64,000 nt of DNA. It comes from Patescibacteria group bacterium (lineage in GTDB: Bacteria; Patescibacteriota; Patescibacteriia; XYB2-FULL-38-15). Of this stretch, positions 19,863 through 30,406 are shown piece after piece (position 1 is the stretch's first letter; every line of letters begins with the position of its first letter). Under the pieces are notes generated by a model, which did no database searches, was not told the DNA's origin, and was given only the letters and a program-made list of their open reading frames with translations. The stretch is from assembly GCA_041737355.1 (NCBI GenBank), contig JBGSRW010000007.1, positions 10,556-74,555 on the forward strand. Direction: 5' to 3'. A program made the position numbers and the translations under genes.

Positions 19863-20683
19863 AACTCCAATATAAAATTTTAAGTTTTTTTCTTTTAACC
19901 CTGGCGGGTTTTTTGTTTCTCAACACCGACTTCGCCGCGGCGGGAAGATGCGAATGCTGTTATAGCAGGATTGGGGAAGCCGCTACCGAATCCGCCTGCT
20001 CGTCAATGTGCCGTGATTTCGGGGACTGGAAATATTTCGCGAGCGGTGATCCCGCGACTACCGGCCGAACAAACTCGACCGCCTGCCTGCCTCCCGAAGG
20101 AATGTGTTTTTGCTGCTGGGCAGACGCGCCAGAATCAGGAACGATGCTCCAGGCGGCCTGTATCGGCGCCTGCACTGACAAAGGCAGCGTGAAATCTTTT
20201 CGCTCAACTGTTACTTCTCTTAATTTAACCCGCGATTGCCTGCCCCGCCCAGTAGACGCCATTGGCTGCACCGGCGACGCCGATTGCCCGACCGGGCAAG
20301 TGTGCGGCGACATAGAAGACGGCGTGGGTTTTTGTTCGTCTCCATCTGAACCAACCTCCGGGGAAACTTCTAATCCGGAACTCGATGCGCCGACCGGAGT
20401 TTTAAGCGGCGGCCTGCAAAAAGCCGCGGGCAAAGCCGGGTTCCAATCTACTTCGGTAGAAAATATCGTAAGTAACATTGTTTATGTAATTCTAAGTTTT
20501 GTTGGTGTAATCTTTTTGGCACTGACAATTTATGCGGGTTTTATTTGGATGACCGCCGGCGGCAATACGGAAGATGTGGAAAAAGCCAAAAAAATCCTTG
20601 AACGGGCCGCTGTTGGTCTCGTCGTCGTCCTTGCCGCTTACGCAATTACCTATTTTGTAACCACCCAAATTATCACTCCATAA
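19859..20683 (+). CDS. VirB2/TrbC-like pilin 7 with 16-Cys N-terminal domain
   Basis: Two CxCC...CxxxC...CLP modules plus a CxxDxDC...C...C module; YAGF.WMTAGGN.E.V.KAK. Confidence 0.8.
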   Translation: MKLQYKILSFFLLTLAGFLFLNTDFAAAGRCECCYSRIGEAATESACSSMCRDFGDWKYFASGDPATTGRTNSTACLPPEGMCFCCWADAPESGTMLQAACIGACTDKGSVKSFRSTVTSLNLTRDCLPRPVDAIGCTGDADCPTGQVCGDIEDGVGFCSSPSEPTSGETSNPELDAPTGVLSGGLQKAAGKAGFQSTSVENIVSNIVYVILSFVGVIFLALTIYAGFIWMTAGGNTEDVEKAKKILERAAVGLVVVLAAYAITYFVTTQIITP

Positions 20684-20704
20684 AATATCTAAAATAACAA
20701 ATCT

Positions 20705-21139
20705 ATGAAGTCACTCCAAAAAATTTTTATCATCTCTTGCCTAATGTGTTCCCTGGCCGCCTTATCCCTGCCTTTGCTTTCTTCGGCAGCCGGAACGGAT
20801 GACGCACTGGAAAAATTAAAAACCGTCGGCGGAGCGGCTTATGGAACGGAGGAACCGCGGAGTCTCCCTGAAATTGCGGGAAGCGTTATAAAAACAGTCC
20901 TTACTATTCTCGGCGTCCTTGCGGCCCTTTTGATTATTTACAGCGGCTATGTTTGGATGACAGCCCGCGGCAAGGAAGAAAGAGTAACCAAGGCAAAGGA
21001 CACTTTGGAGGCGGCAATTATCGGTCTGATTATTATTATGGCCGCCTACGCGATTACCTATTTCGTGGTTAACGCCATCTCGGGCGCCACGGGGGGTGCT
21101 CCTTCGGGATCTACCACCCCTCCACCCACTACTCCGTAA
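20705..21139 (+). CDS. VirB2/TrbC-like pilin 8
   Basis: YSGY.WMTARG.EE.V.KAK; Pro/Thr tail. Confidence 0.82.
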   Translation: MKSLQKIFIISCLMCSLAALSLPLLSSAAGTDDALEKLKTVGGAAYGTEEPRSLPEIAGSVIKTVLTILGVLAALLIIYSGYVWMTARGKEERVTKAKDTLEAAIIGLIIIMAAYAITYFVVNAISGATGGAPSGSTTPPPTTP

Positions 21140-21163
21140 GCTTTCTAAACCTAATTTAAAAAT

Positions 21164-21580
21164 ATGTCCCTAACACCAAAAAAAATATTCTCATTTTTTC
21201 TCCTTGCTGCTCTTTGTTTCTCTGTTCTTACCATTTTTTCCCCGGCAACAACTTTTGCCCAGATCAATGAATTAAAAAATTTTGGCAACGAGGCCTACGG
21301 AAACTCCTCGGCCACCTACCAAGAACAAGGTCCGGTCTTCATCGCCGGAAAAATTATCAACGCGGCTCTTGGGGTTGTTGGCATTATCATGGTTATTCTT
21401 TTTATTTACGGCGGCTATGTTTGGATGACAGCTGGCGGCAATGAAGAAAAGGTTAAAAAGGCAACGCAAATTCTTTCCCGAGCGGTTATTGGCCTGATTA
21501 TTATCTTATTGGCCTATAGCATTTCCTACTTTGTTATGCAGCAGCTCTTAAGGTCAACCGGAGCGCCGATGGTGCCATAA
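21164..21580 (+). CDS. VirB2/TrbC-like pilin 9
   Basis: YGGY.WMTAGGNEEKVKKA. Confidence 0.82.
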   Translation: MSLTPKKIFSFFLLAALCFSVLTIFSPATTFAQINELKNFGNEAYGNSSATYQEQGPVFIAGKIINAALGVVGIIMVILFIYGGYVWMTAGGNEEKVKKATQILSRAVIGLIIILLAYSISYFVMQQLLRSTGAPMVP

Positions 21581-21602
21581 ATTTTTAAAAAATATTTTTC
21601 TC

Positions 21603-21675
21603 AAAATCCTCTCGAAGAAACGAGAGGATTTTTAATTTAAAAAAAGTGGGCGCCCAAGCTTTCGCTTAAGCGCCC
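21603..21675. terminator. Two back-to-back terminators (pilin operon on +, lipoprotein pair on -)
   Basis: aaaatcctctcg/cgagaggatttt, then A run and gggcgc...gcgccc. Confidence 0.7.
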
Positions 21676-21697
21676 GTCTCCCTGAGTCCCGACCGGC

Positions 21698-22195
21698 CTA
21701 GTAGTGGCCGATCTGAACCCTTTGTTCCTCCCAGCCGGCGCAGAAGGTCGCCTCGCGACCACTACGCACTACCGGACGGGAAAAATCCGGTGGCAAATAC
21801 CCTTCGAACTCGAAGTGGTGCTGTTCGCACCCCGAGTCGAGGTCCGTCTCGTCGAGCGCGGTGTAGAAAACCGCGTCCTGACCCGGCGGGATCAGCGGCA
21901 GGCCGACCGTCTGGTCGGTAAAGCTGATGTCCGCCCCATCCATGCGGACACGGATGTACCAATCCGTGCCGTTGGCGAGACGGACCATGTGCGGTCCTCT
22001 CCAGGCCCCGGGGTAGCCGTGGCCGTTCACGAAGGCCAGGTCGCCCGGAGGCGGCGGCGGAACGAAGTAACCGCCGCCGTAGCCCGCCATCGTGCCATAG
22101 GCCGACGGCGGAATGTAGCTCGGTGGCTGGCTGTAGCCGCCGAAGAGTCCGCAGCCGAAAGTCAAGAACATCGCCAGCGTCAGTGCGTACCTCAT
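21698..22195 (-). CDS. GC-rich putative lipoprotein
   Basis: Start MRYALTL with lipobox TFGC; GGAGGAG SD; ATGA overlap with the upstream gene; Pro/Gly/Tyr-rich linker. Confidence 0.72.
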   Translation of the reverse strand: MRYALTLAMFLTFGCGLFGGYSQPPSYIPPSAYGTMAGYGGGYFVPPPPPGDLAFVNGHGYPGAWRGPHMVRLANGTDWYIRVRMDGADISFTDQTVGLPLIPPGQDAVFYTALDETDLDSGCEQHHFEFEGYLPPDFSRPVVRSGREATFCAGWEEQRVQIGHY

Positions 22196-22575
22196 CGTTG
22201 CTCCTCCTCGATGTGTTCGCTGCACATTTCCGTGAGCTCCTGCACGTCTCTTTCGAGGCCGGTTGCCCGCGTTTCGAGTGCCGGCGATGGGCCGTACGAC
22301 GACGGGTAGTAGTAGGACGGATCAACCCGCCCATACCCGCCATAACCGTAGCCGCGATAGCCCAGGAAAAGCTCGGGATGAGCTTCCATGGCCCGCGCCT
22401 CGGCCCGCACCCGGTCGGCCTGAGCCGACGTAAGGTCGGCCTGAGCCGCCTCCATGGGCGAAGGGCCCATGAAACCGCTGGCCGAGTACTCTACACCCTG
22501 GCTCCGGAGCCCCATTGAGGCACCGAAGCACCCGGACACCGCGAAAACCGCGAGAACAGCAAAGAAAAACCTCAT
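22192..22575 (-). CDS. GC-rich putative lipoprotein
   Basis: Start MRFFFAV with lipobox VSGC; GAGGAGGAG SD; GY-rich segment and short coiled coil. Confidence 0.72.
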   Translation of the reverse strand: MRFFFAVLAVFAVSGCFGASMGLRSQGVEYSASGFMGPSPMEAAQADLTSAQADRVRAEARAMEAHPELFLGYRGYGYGGYGRVDPSYYYPSSYGPSPALETRATGLERDVQELTEMCSEHIEEEQR

Positions 22576-22657
22576 TTTCTCCTCCTCTAGGGTCACTGAC
22601 CCTTGTTTTAGAAAGAAAAAGAACCTTCCGTACCCCCATTAAGAGGCAGGACATTTT

Positions 22658-22686
22658 ACTTTAACATAAAATCGTATTTTCGTCAA
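22658..22686 (-). promoter_or_regulatory. sigma70 promoter for the lipoprotein pair
   Basis: TTGACG-17 bp-TAAAGT with extended TG on minus strand. Confidence 0.6.
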
Positions 22687-22760
22687 GAGGCAAAGAATCT
22701 TTATTTTTAGCCAAAAAAGAATGGTTTCCTAGCGTTTTTCCCTGTCTTGACCCGGCCTTT

Positions 22761-22824
22761 TGTGGATAAATTGTTTATAACCCCGGAAAAATCGCTTGAC
22801 AGCCTTAAAATACCCTGCTAAATT
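22761..22824 (+). promoter_or_regulatory. DnaA box and rpoBC promoter
   Basis: TGTGGATAA at 22761; TTGACA (22796)-17 bp-TAAATT. Confidence 0.6.
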
Positions 22825-22829
22825 AAAGA

Positions 22830-23050
22830 TAATAACATAAGTCCTCCACTTTACTTGTTGTAAAATTACGCAAGGAACACCCAGGCGAAACGTCCTGGAA
22901 GTTCACAAAAAGTGAAGGATAAGACTGCCAAAGTCCCTCAATACTGTGGGACGCAAATATTAAATGCATACAAGGCAGCTGGAAAAAATTGATTTTCTTC
23001 ATTAAGCCCCTCTCCCGAAAGAGGAGGGAGGTGCTTTTGTGTTCCTTTGG
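22830..23050 (+). ncRNA. Candidate structured rpoB 5' leader RNA
   Basis: Several nested stems visible by eye; no ORF in the region. Confidence 0.45.
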
Positions 23051-23095
23051 TAAAGATTAAGAATAAATAAAATATAAAATAATTTTAAAATAACT

Positions 23096-26000
23096 ATGTC
23101 TCCCAAAGCCGCAACGCGCAAACTTTTTACCAACTTGCATGAAGCCATTCCCCTCCCCGACCTCATTGAACTGCAAAAAAAATCCTATGAATGGTTTTTT
23201 AAAAAAGGCCTGTCCGAACTTTTTGAAGAAGTTTCTCCGATCAAGGATATTATGGGCCGCGACCTCGAGCTTTCTTTTCTGAATTATTATCTTGATGAGC
23301 CAAAATTTGACGAGATAACAAGCAAGGCCAAAAATATCAATTTTGAAGCGCCTCTCCGGGTAAAAGCCAGCTTGGCCAACCGAAAAAGCGGCGAACTCAA
23401 AGAGCAGGAAATTTACTTGGGCGATATGCCTCTTATGACCGACCGGGGAACTTTTATTATTAACGGCATTGAACGCGCCGTCGTTTCGCAATTAGTCCGA
23501 TCCGCCGGCGTCTTTTTTACTTCGGAAACCAATCACGGAAAAAGATTCTATGGTGCAAAAATCATTCCGAACCGCGGCGCCTGGCTTGAACTAGAGACGG
23601 ACCAGACCGGAGTAATTTGGGTAAAAATCGACCGCAAAAGAAAAGTCGCCATTACATCGTTGCTCCGGGCTTTTGGTTACGGCATCGACGAAGAAATTAT
23701 TTCCCTTTTCAAAGATGTTGATACTCATCCGGAAACCAGTTATATAAAAAATACCCTGGAAAAAGATATTGCTCATTCGGAAGAAGAAGGTTTAAAAGAG
23801 GTTTATAAAAGAATCAGGCCGGGAGATCTGGCTACTCCGGACAATGCCCGCTCGTTGATCTATGCCATGTTTTTCCGATTTGACCGCTATGACTTCAGCA
23901 TGGTCGGCCGGTATAAATTCAACCAACGTTTCGGCATCAAGGAAGAAGCGAAAGACACAAAAGAAAACAGAATTTTCCACCGCGAAGATCTGGTTACAAT
24001 TATCAAGGAAATTATCAGATTAAATATTACTCAGGATCCGGCCGACGATATTGATCATCTTGGCAACCGCCGCATCAGAGCCGTCGGCGAGTTGGTCCAG
24101 AACCGTTTCAGAATCGGTCTCGCCCGCATGGAACGCATTGTCAAAGACCGGATGAGTACGATCGATGTTACCGCCCTTACCCCGAACAAACTTATAAACG
24201 CCAAACCGGTCATCGGCGCGGTCAAAGAATTTTTCATGTCCTCGCAGCTCTCCCAGTTCATGGACCAGACCAACCCTTTGGCCGAGCTCGAACATAAAAG
24301 ACGTCTTTCCTCTATGGGGCCTGGCGGCCTTTCCCGCGAACGGGCCGGCTTCGAAGTCCGCGACGTCCATCCGACCCACTACAGCCGCATCTGTCCTATT
24401 GCTACTCCGGAAGGCCCGAACATCGGCTTGGTCGGCCATCTCTCGTCCTATGCCAGAGTAAATGAATACGGTTTTATTGAAGCGCCATACAGGAAAATAA
24501 TCCGCGAAGTTCCGAACGACGGAAAGTCGGCAGTCGGAGAAATTTTGCGTGAAGATGTTGAAACATCCAAGGGAAAATTTTCCGGCGGAGAAAAAATTAC
24601 TGCCGCCGTTGCTTCTTCTCTGTCGCATGACAAAAATATAAAAACCGTGCTCCTCCGTCCCCGCGTAACCAACGATGTCGTTTATCTTAACGCCTTTGCG
24701 GAAGAAAAATCCGTTACCACCCCGGCTACAACCCCGATCGACGAAAACGGATATTTTCTGGTTGAAAAAATCGGCGTTAGAAAATACGGAAACCCAAGCG
24801 TTGATTATGTCTGGAACATTGATTACATGGATGTTTCTCCGAAACAAATTGTCAGTATCGGTACCGCCCTTATTCCTTTCCTGGAACACGACGACGCTAT
24901 CCGGGCGCTCATGGGAACCAACATGCAACGGCAGGCAGTACCGGTTATTAACCCCCAGTCACCAATCGTCGGAACCGGCGTTGAAGGCAGAGCCGCCAAA
25001 GATTCAGGCCATCTGAAAATCGCCGAAGGCGCGGGCAAAATAGTCGAGGTTGAGGGCGATAAGGTTCACGTCATGGAAAAAAATGATAAATTCAAAATTT
25101 ATCGGCTGAACAAGTTTGCCAGATCTAACGCGTCAACCTGTATCAACCAACGGCCAATCGTAGAAAAAGGACAGACGATAGAAAAGGGCGATGTCCTGGC
25201 AGACGGTCCGGCGACCGAGGGCGGCGAATTGGCCTTGGGGCAAAACATGCTTGTCGCTTTCATGGCGTGGGAAGGATACAACTATGAAGACGCCGTCATT
25301 ATCTCGGAAAAAGTTGTACGCGACGACCGCTTTACTTCAATCCATATTGAAAACTACCAAATTGATGTCCGCGATACGAAACTAGGCCCGGAGGTTGTAA
25401 CTAACGATATTCCGAACGTCAGCGAGGAAAAACTAAAAAATTTAGACGAAAATGGAATTATAAGAATCGGCGCCAAGGTTTCTTCCGGAGATATTTTAGT
25501 TGGTAAAATTACCCCAAAAGGAGAAACCGAACTTTCCGCCGAAGAAAAATTGCTTCGGGCTATTTTCGGCGAGAAAGCAAGAGATGTTCGCGACACATCT
25601 CTCTATCTGGAGCACGGCGAACACGGCAAGGTTGTTGATATAAAAACCTTTTCCCAGGAAACCGGAGACAAGCTGCCCCCGGGAGTTATAAAATCAATCC
25701 AGGTTTCGGTCGCCGATCTCCGCAAACTTCAAGTCGGAGACAAACTCGCTGGCCGGCATGGGAACAAGGGCGTTGTTTCAAAAATCGTTCCGATTGAAGA
25801 TATGCCTTTCATGCCGGACGGAACACCGATTGACGTTATACTTTCCCCTCTCGGCGTGGTTTCCCGTATGAACATCGGACAAATTCTTGAGACACACCTT
25901 GGCATGGCTGCAAAAATTTTAGGTTATAAAGTTATGACTCCGGTCCTTGCCGGCATAGAAGAACAAACCATCAAGGAAGAGCTCGAAAAAGCTGGTTTTC

Positions 26001-26461
26001 CGGGAGACGGAAAAATTCTTCTTCAAGACGGTAAAACCGGTGAATCTTTTGACCACAAAACCACAGTTGGCCAGATTTACATATTGAAATTAAATCATAT
26101 GGTCGAAGACAAGATTCACCAAAGATCGATTGGCCCGTACTCGCTTATCACCCAGCAACCGCTGGGCGGCAAAGCCCAGTTCGGCGGCCAACGGTTTGGA
26201 GAGATGGAAGTTTGGGCCCTTGAAGGATATGGCGCCGCGCACACCCTTCAGGAAATTCTGACCATTAAATCCGACGATGTGCCCGGACGATCAAAAGCTT
26301 ACGAATCGATTGTGAAGGGAGAAACAATTAAAAATCTCAATATCCCGGAATCGTTTAATGTTTTGGTCCGAGAACTTAAGGGGCTTTGCCTTGACGTAGA
26401 ACTCTTGCGGACTAAGGGGGGCTCGGAAGAACCAGTCCCGGGAAAGGAAGAGAATAAATAA
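23096..26461 (+). CDS. rpoB: RNA polymerase beta subunit
   Basis: [49 protein letters not shown]. Confidence 0.98.
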   Translation: MSPKAATRKLFTNLHEAIPLPDLIELQKKSYEWFFKKGLSELFEEVSPIKDIMGRDLELSFLNYYLDEPKFDEITSKAKNINFEAPLRVKASLANRKSGELKEQEIYLGDMPLMTDRGTFIINGIERAVVSQLVRSAGVFFTSETNHGKRFYGAKIIPNRGAWLELETDQTGVIWVKIDRKRKVAITSLLRAFGYGIDEEIISLFKDVDTHPETSYIKNTLEKDIAHSEEEGLKEVYKRIRPGDLATPDNARSLIYAMFFRFDRYDFSMVGRYKFNQRFGIKEEAKDTKENRIFHREDLVTIIKEIIRLNITQDPADDIDHLGNRRIRAVGELVQNRFRIGLARMERIVKDRMSTIDVTALTPNKLINAKPVIGAVKEFFMSSQLSQFMDQTNPLAELEHKRRLSSMGPGGLSRERAGFEVRDVHPTHYSRICPIATPEGPNIGLVGHLSSYARVNEYGFIEAPYRKIIREVPNDGKSAVGEILREDVETSKGKFSGGEKITAAVASSLSHDKNIKTVLLRPRVTNDVVYLNAFAEEKSVTTPATTPIDENGYFLVEKIGVRKYGNPSVDYVWNIDYMDVSPKQIVSIGTALIPFLEHDDAIRALMGTNMQRQAVPVINPQSPIVGTGVEGRAAKDSGHLKIAEGAGKIVEVEGDKVHVMEKNDKFKIYRLNKFARSNASTCINQRPIVEKGQTIEKGDVLADGPATEGGELALGQNMLVAFMAWEGYNYEDAVIISEKVVRDDRFTSIHIENYQIDVRDTKLGPEVVTNDIPNVSEEKLKNLDENGIIRIGAKVSSGDILVGKITPKGETELSAEEKLLRAIFGEKARDVRDTSLYLEHGEHGKVVDIKTFSQETGDKLPPGVIKSIQVSVADLRKLQVGDKLAGRHGNKGVVSKIVPIEDMPFMPDGTPIDVILSPLGVVSRMNIGQILETHLGMAAKILGYKVMTPVLAGIEEQTIKEELEKAGFPGDGKILLQDGKTGESFDHKTTVGQIYILKLNHMVEDKIHQRSIGPYSLITQQPLGGKAQFGGQRFGEMEVWALEGYGAAHTLQEILTIKSDDVPGRSKAYESIVKGETIKNLNIPESFNVLVRELKGLCLDVELLRTKGGSEEPVPGKEENK

Positions 26462-26484
26462 TTTTTAATAAGATATTTCCATAT

Positions 26485-29400
26485 ATGACATACACTCCTC
26501 CCAAGCCAATCGAATTCGACGCCATTAAACTCAAGCTCGCCTCGCCGGAAGAAATCCGCGCCTGGTCGTATGGCGAAGTTACCAAGCCGGAAACCATTAA
26601 TTACCGAACCCAAAAACCTGAAAAGGATGGTTTGTTTTCGGAAAAAATATTCGGCCCGACCAGAGATTGGGAATGCTATTGCGGCAAATATAAAAAAATC
26701 CGCTATAAGGGGATTATTTGCGACAAGTGCGGCGTTGAAGTGACGCACTCCCTCGTGCGCCGGGAAAGAATGGGTCACATAGAACTCGCTGTCCCGATTT
26801 CCCACATTTGGTTTTTACGGGGAGTCCCCTCGAAGATAGGGCTGATACTTGATCTATCCGTGCAAAATCTGGAAAAAGTTATTTACTTCGCCAATTTCAT
26901 CATCACGGAAGTAAAGGAGGAAATGAAAGAAACCGTTCTCGCCAACTTGCGGCAAGAATTTAAAAATAAGAAAAAAAATATTGCCTCCGAAGCGGAAAGA
27001 CAGGTTTCCCAGTTGCGCAATCAAAAAAATGAAAACAGCAACGCCGATAAGATTGAAACCCGCGTTGTCCAGATGACTTTGGACCGCGACGATCAGCTCC
27101 AAGAACTGGAACAGGAGTTCGCTTTGGCCGAAAAAGAATTGAAGGAACTGAAACCTCTAAAAATTATTTCCGAGATGACTTACCACGATCTCTCGTTGAA
27201 GTATGGCCATCTTTTCGAGGCCGGCATCGGGGCCGAGGCCATCAGGATGCTCCTCGGAAAAATAGATTCGGAAAAAATTATCAAAGATCTCGAGGCGGAA
27301 CTTTTAGCCGCCGTCGGCCTCAAAAAAGACAAGTTAATCAGGCGCCTCAAATTATTTAAAAGTTTAAAAGTCAACAAAATAAAACCGGACTGGATGATTC
27401 TGAAAAACGTTCCGATCATTCCTCCAGACCTCCGGCCTATGGTACCGCTCGATGGCGGCCGTTTTGCTACTTCCGATCTAAACGACCTTTACCGCCGGGT
27501 TATCAACCGCAATAACCGCCTAAAAAGACTGATCGAATTGAACGCGCCTGAAGTTATTTGCCGCAATGAAAAAAGAATGCTCCAGGAGGCGGTTGACGCG
27601 TTAATCGATAACTCCGCCCGCCACAGTAAAACCGTAGTTGCCTCGACCGGTCAGAAGAGAATGCTAAAATCTATCGCCGATGTTTTGAAAGGAAAACAGG
27701 GCCGCTTCAGACAAAATCTTCTCGGTAAGAGAATCGACTACTCCGGCCGCTCGGTTATCGTTGTCGGCCCGAGCCTGAAACTTCATCAATGCGGTCTTCC
27801 GAAAAGAATGGCCCTGGAACTTTTTAAACCTTTTGTTATTCACCAATTAATCGGCCGGGAACTCGTCCATAATGTCCGCTCCGCCTCACGCTTTATAGAA
27901 TCAGGCCGTCCGGAAGTCTGGGATATTCTTGAAAATATAGTCAAAGATGCCTACGTCCTTTTAAACCGCGCTCCGACCTTGCACCGCCTCGGCATCCAGG
28001 CCTTCCAGCCGATTTTGATCGAAGGTAAGGCAATACAAATCCATCCGCTCGTCTGTACCGCCTTCAATGCTGATTTTGACGGTGACCAGATGGCCGTGCA
28101 CGTCCCGCTGACCGAAGGAGCAAAAGATGAGGCAAAAAATCTCATGCTCTCGACCCATAACTTATTAAAGCCGGCGACGGGAAACCCCATCTCCACCCCG
28201 AACAAGGACATCGCCTGGGGATGTTATTATATGACTTCCGAAGGGGAGGAAAAAGGACCTGTAAAATTTTTCTCTTCGCCAAAGGAAGCCTTCTTGGCTT
28301 ATCAGTTCGGTCTGATTGAGCTCCGCTCAAAAATAAAAGTAAAATGCGATAAGGATCTCGCGACGAAAGCGGCCAAAGAAATTTCTGAAAACAAAATGCT
28401 CGAAACAACAATCGGCCGCCTGGTTTTAAATCAAATCCTGCCTCCGAAAATCCCCTACATCAATGAGGTAACCAATGTTAAAAAGCTGGGTGAGGTAATA
28501 AAACTTTGTCTTGAGTTTTACGGCGAAGCAAAAACTGCCGAACTTCTTGACGAATTCAAGGCGACCGGCTTCAAATATTTGACGAAATCCGGCTACTCTT
28601 GGGGCATGAACGATCTTCCTCATCTCGGAAAAAGAGACAAGCTTATTGAACGCGGCGACGAAGAAGTTGAGACCATTCAGAAACAATTTGAGTCCGGTCT
28701 TCTGACCCAGAATGAGCACCACAATAAAATTATCAGCGTCTGGACTACGATTAAGGACGAAGTTATCAAATTAAGTAAAGAGAGTCTTGATAAAAAAGGC
28801 CCGGTTTTCACCATGATTGATTCCGGAGCCAGAGGTTCATGGGGCCAGGTTACCCAGATGATGGGTATGAAAGGTCTCGTGTCCAACCCGGCTGGTGAAA
28901 TTATCGAATTGCCGGTCAAGGGAAATTTTAAAGCCGGCTTCGATGTTTTGGAATATTTCATTTCTACGCACGGCACCAGAAAAGGTTTGTCCGATACCGC
29001 TCTCCGTACCGCAAATGCCGGTTACCTTACGAGACGCCTTGTCGATGTTGCCCAAGATGTTATCGTTACCGAGGAAGACTGCGGGGACACCGAAGGAGTC
29101 ACCTTCACGCTAGCGCAAAGCAAGGAGATGGGCGAAACCCTGCTTGCCAGAATCCTCGGAAGATTTTCTCTTGAGGATGTTTTGGACCCGAAAACAAAAA
29201 AACCCATTGTTAAAAAAGATGAACTGATCACTGAAGAAATTTCCAGAAAACTGGAAAAAATAAACCTGGAAACAATAAAAGTCAGATCAATTCTTTCTTG
29301 CCGACTAAAAAAAGGCGTCTGTCAAAAATGTTATGGTTATGATCTGGGGTACAACCGCCTCGTAGCCATCGGCTCACCGGTCGGAGTTGTCGCCGCCCAA

Positions 29401-30390
29401 TCAATCGGTGAACCTGGCACCCAGCTCACCATGAGAACTTTCCATACTGGCGGTGTCGCCGGACTTGATATTACCCAAGGCTTGCCCCGCGTGGAAGAAC
29501 TTTTCGAGGCAAGAAGCCCGAAAAGAAAAGCTTTTATCTCCGATGTTTCCGGCGCGGCCCAAGTTGAGGAAGACGCTAAAACTATTGTCGGCCCGACCGG
29601 AGAAATCATTACCAAGGGTATTCCGGGACAACGTAACATCAAAATCCGTTATCTGGATAAGGAAGAAATTTCCTACTCGGTGGCAAAAAATAAAAAAACC
29701 GCCTTTAAGAAGGGTGATAAAATAGCCAAGGGCGAACTTCTCGGTTTGGACAAAGAAAGCAAGGAAGTCAATGCCTCAAAGGATGGAGTTGTCATCTCGG
29801 CCTCGGAAAACAAGATCATTGTTGAAAGCGAAGCGGAAAAAACGAAAGAATATATTATCCCTCCGGGCTACACCCTCTGGATTAAGGATGGCGATTTTGT
29901 AAACCGCGGTGATCAACTCACTGAAGGCGACCTTGATCTCCACGAATTCTTCCAGCTCAAAAATAAGGAAGCGGTGCAACGATACGTCATCAAGGAAATC
30001 CAGCATATTTATTCTTCCCAGGGACAAAAATTGAACGACAAACATATTGAGGTAATGGTCCGGCAAATGTTCTCCAGAGTTTATGTTAAAGATGCTGGCG
30101 ACACCGACCTTCTCCCTGGCGAAATTATAGAAAAATCCCAGCTTGAGGAGGCTAACAAAGTTGCCAAGGAGAAAAAAATGAAACCGGCCGAAGCCGAAGA
30201 GCTTCTCTTGGGCATCAGCAAAGTTTCTCTCTCAACCGAAAGCTTCCTTTCGGCCGCCTCCTTCCAGGAAACAGCCAGAGTCCTTATCAACGCGGCAATT
30301 ACCGGGAAGATTGACCGGCTCGAAGGCCTGAAGGAAAACGTGATCATTGGCCGGTTGATTCCTGCCGGAACCGGTTATAAGAAAAAATAA
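26485..30390 (+). CDS. rpoC: RNA polymerase beta' subunit
   Basis: Zn-finger CYCGKY...CDKCG, NADFDGDQMAVH, AAQSIGEPGTQLTMRTFH. Confidence 0.98.
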   Translation: MTYTPPKPIEFDAIKLKLASPEEIRAWSYGEVTKPETINYRTQKPEKDGLFSEKIFGPTRDWECYCGKYKKIRYKGIICDKCGVEVTHSLVRRERMGHIELAVPISHIWFLRGVPSKIGLILDLSVQNLEKVIYFANFIITEVKEEMKETVLANLRQEFKNKKKNIASEAERQVSQLRNQKNENSNADKIETRVVQMTLDRDDQLQELEQEFALAEKELKELKPLKIISEMTYHDLSLKYGHLFEAGIGAEAIRMLLGKIDSEKIIKDLEAELLAAVGLKKDKLIRRLKLFKSLKVNKIKPDWMILKNVPIIPPDLRPMVPLDGGRFATSDLNDLYRRVINRNNRLKRLIELNAPEVICRNEKRMLQEAVDALIDNSARHSKTVVASTGQKRMLKSIADVLKGKQGRFRQNLLGKRIDYSGRSVIVVGPSLKLHQCGLPKRMALELFKPFVIHQLIGRELVHNVRSASRFIESGRPEVWDILENIVKDAYVLLNRAPTLHRLGIQAFQPILIEGKAIQIHPLVCTAFNADFDGDQMAVHVPLTEGAKDEAKNLMLSTHNLLKPATGNPISTPNKDIAWGCYYMTSEGEEKGPVKFFSSPKEAFLAYQFGLIELRSKIKVKCDKDLATKAAKEISENKMLETTIGRLVLNQILPPKIPYINEVTNVKKLGEVIKLCLEFYGEAKTAELLDEFKATGFKYLTKSGYSWGMNDLPHLGKRDKLIERGDEEVETIQKQFESGLLTQNEHHNKIISVWTTIKDEVIKLSKESLDKKGPVFTMIDSGARGSWGQVTQMMGMKGLVSNPAGEIIELPVKGNFKAGFDVLEYFISTHGTRKGLSDTALRTANAGYLTRRLVDVAQDVIVTEEDCGDTEGVTFTLAQSKEMGETLLARILGRFSLEDVLDPKTKKPIVKKDELITEEISRKLEKINLETIKVRSILSCRLKKGVCQKCYGYDLGYNRLVAIGSPVGVVAAQSIGEPGTQLTMRTFHTGGVAGLDITQGLPRVEELFEARSPKRKAFISDVSGAAQVEEDAKTIVGPTGEIITKGIPGQRNIKIRYLDKEEISYSVAKNKKTAFKKGDKIAKGELLGLDKESKEVNASKDGVVISASENKIIVESEAEKTKEYIIPPGYTLWIKDGDFVNRGDQLTEGDLDLHEFFQLKNKEAVQRYVIKEIQHIYSSQGQKLNDKHIEVMVRQMFSRVYVKDAGDTDLLPGEIIEKSQLEEANKVAKEKKMKPAEAEELLLGISKVSLSTESFLSAASFQETARVLINAAITGKIDRLEGLKENVIIGRLIPAGTGYKKK

Positions 30391-30406
30391 TTGTTATTAG
30401 CCACTT

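Noticed and set aside
16340-21580. Pilin array as a conjugative element or DGR target
   Set aside because: No relaxase, VirB4, integrase or reverse transcriptase in the window, and paralog differences are not adenine-specific.
21704-22654. Several overlapping alternative ORFs
   Set aside because: Expected in GC-rich DNA; only the two lipobox ORFs have SD motifs and coupling.
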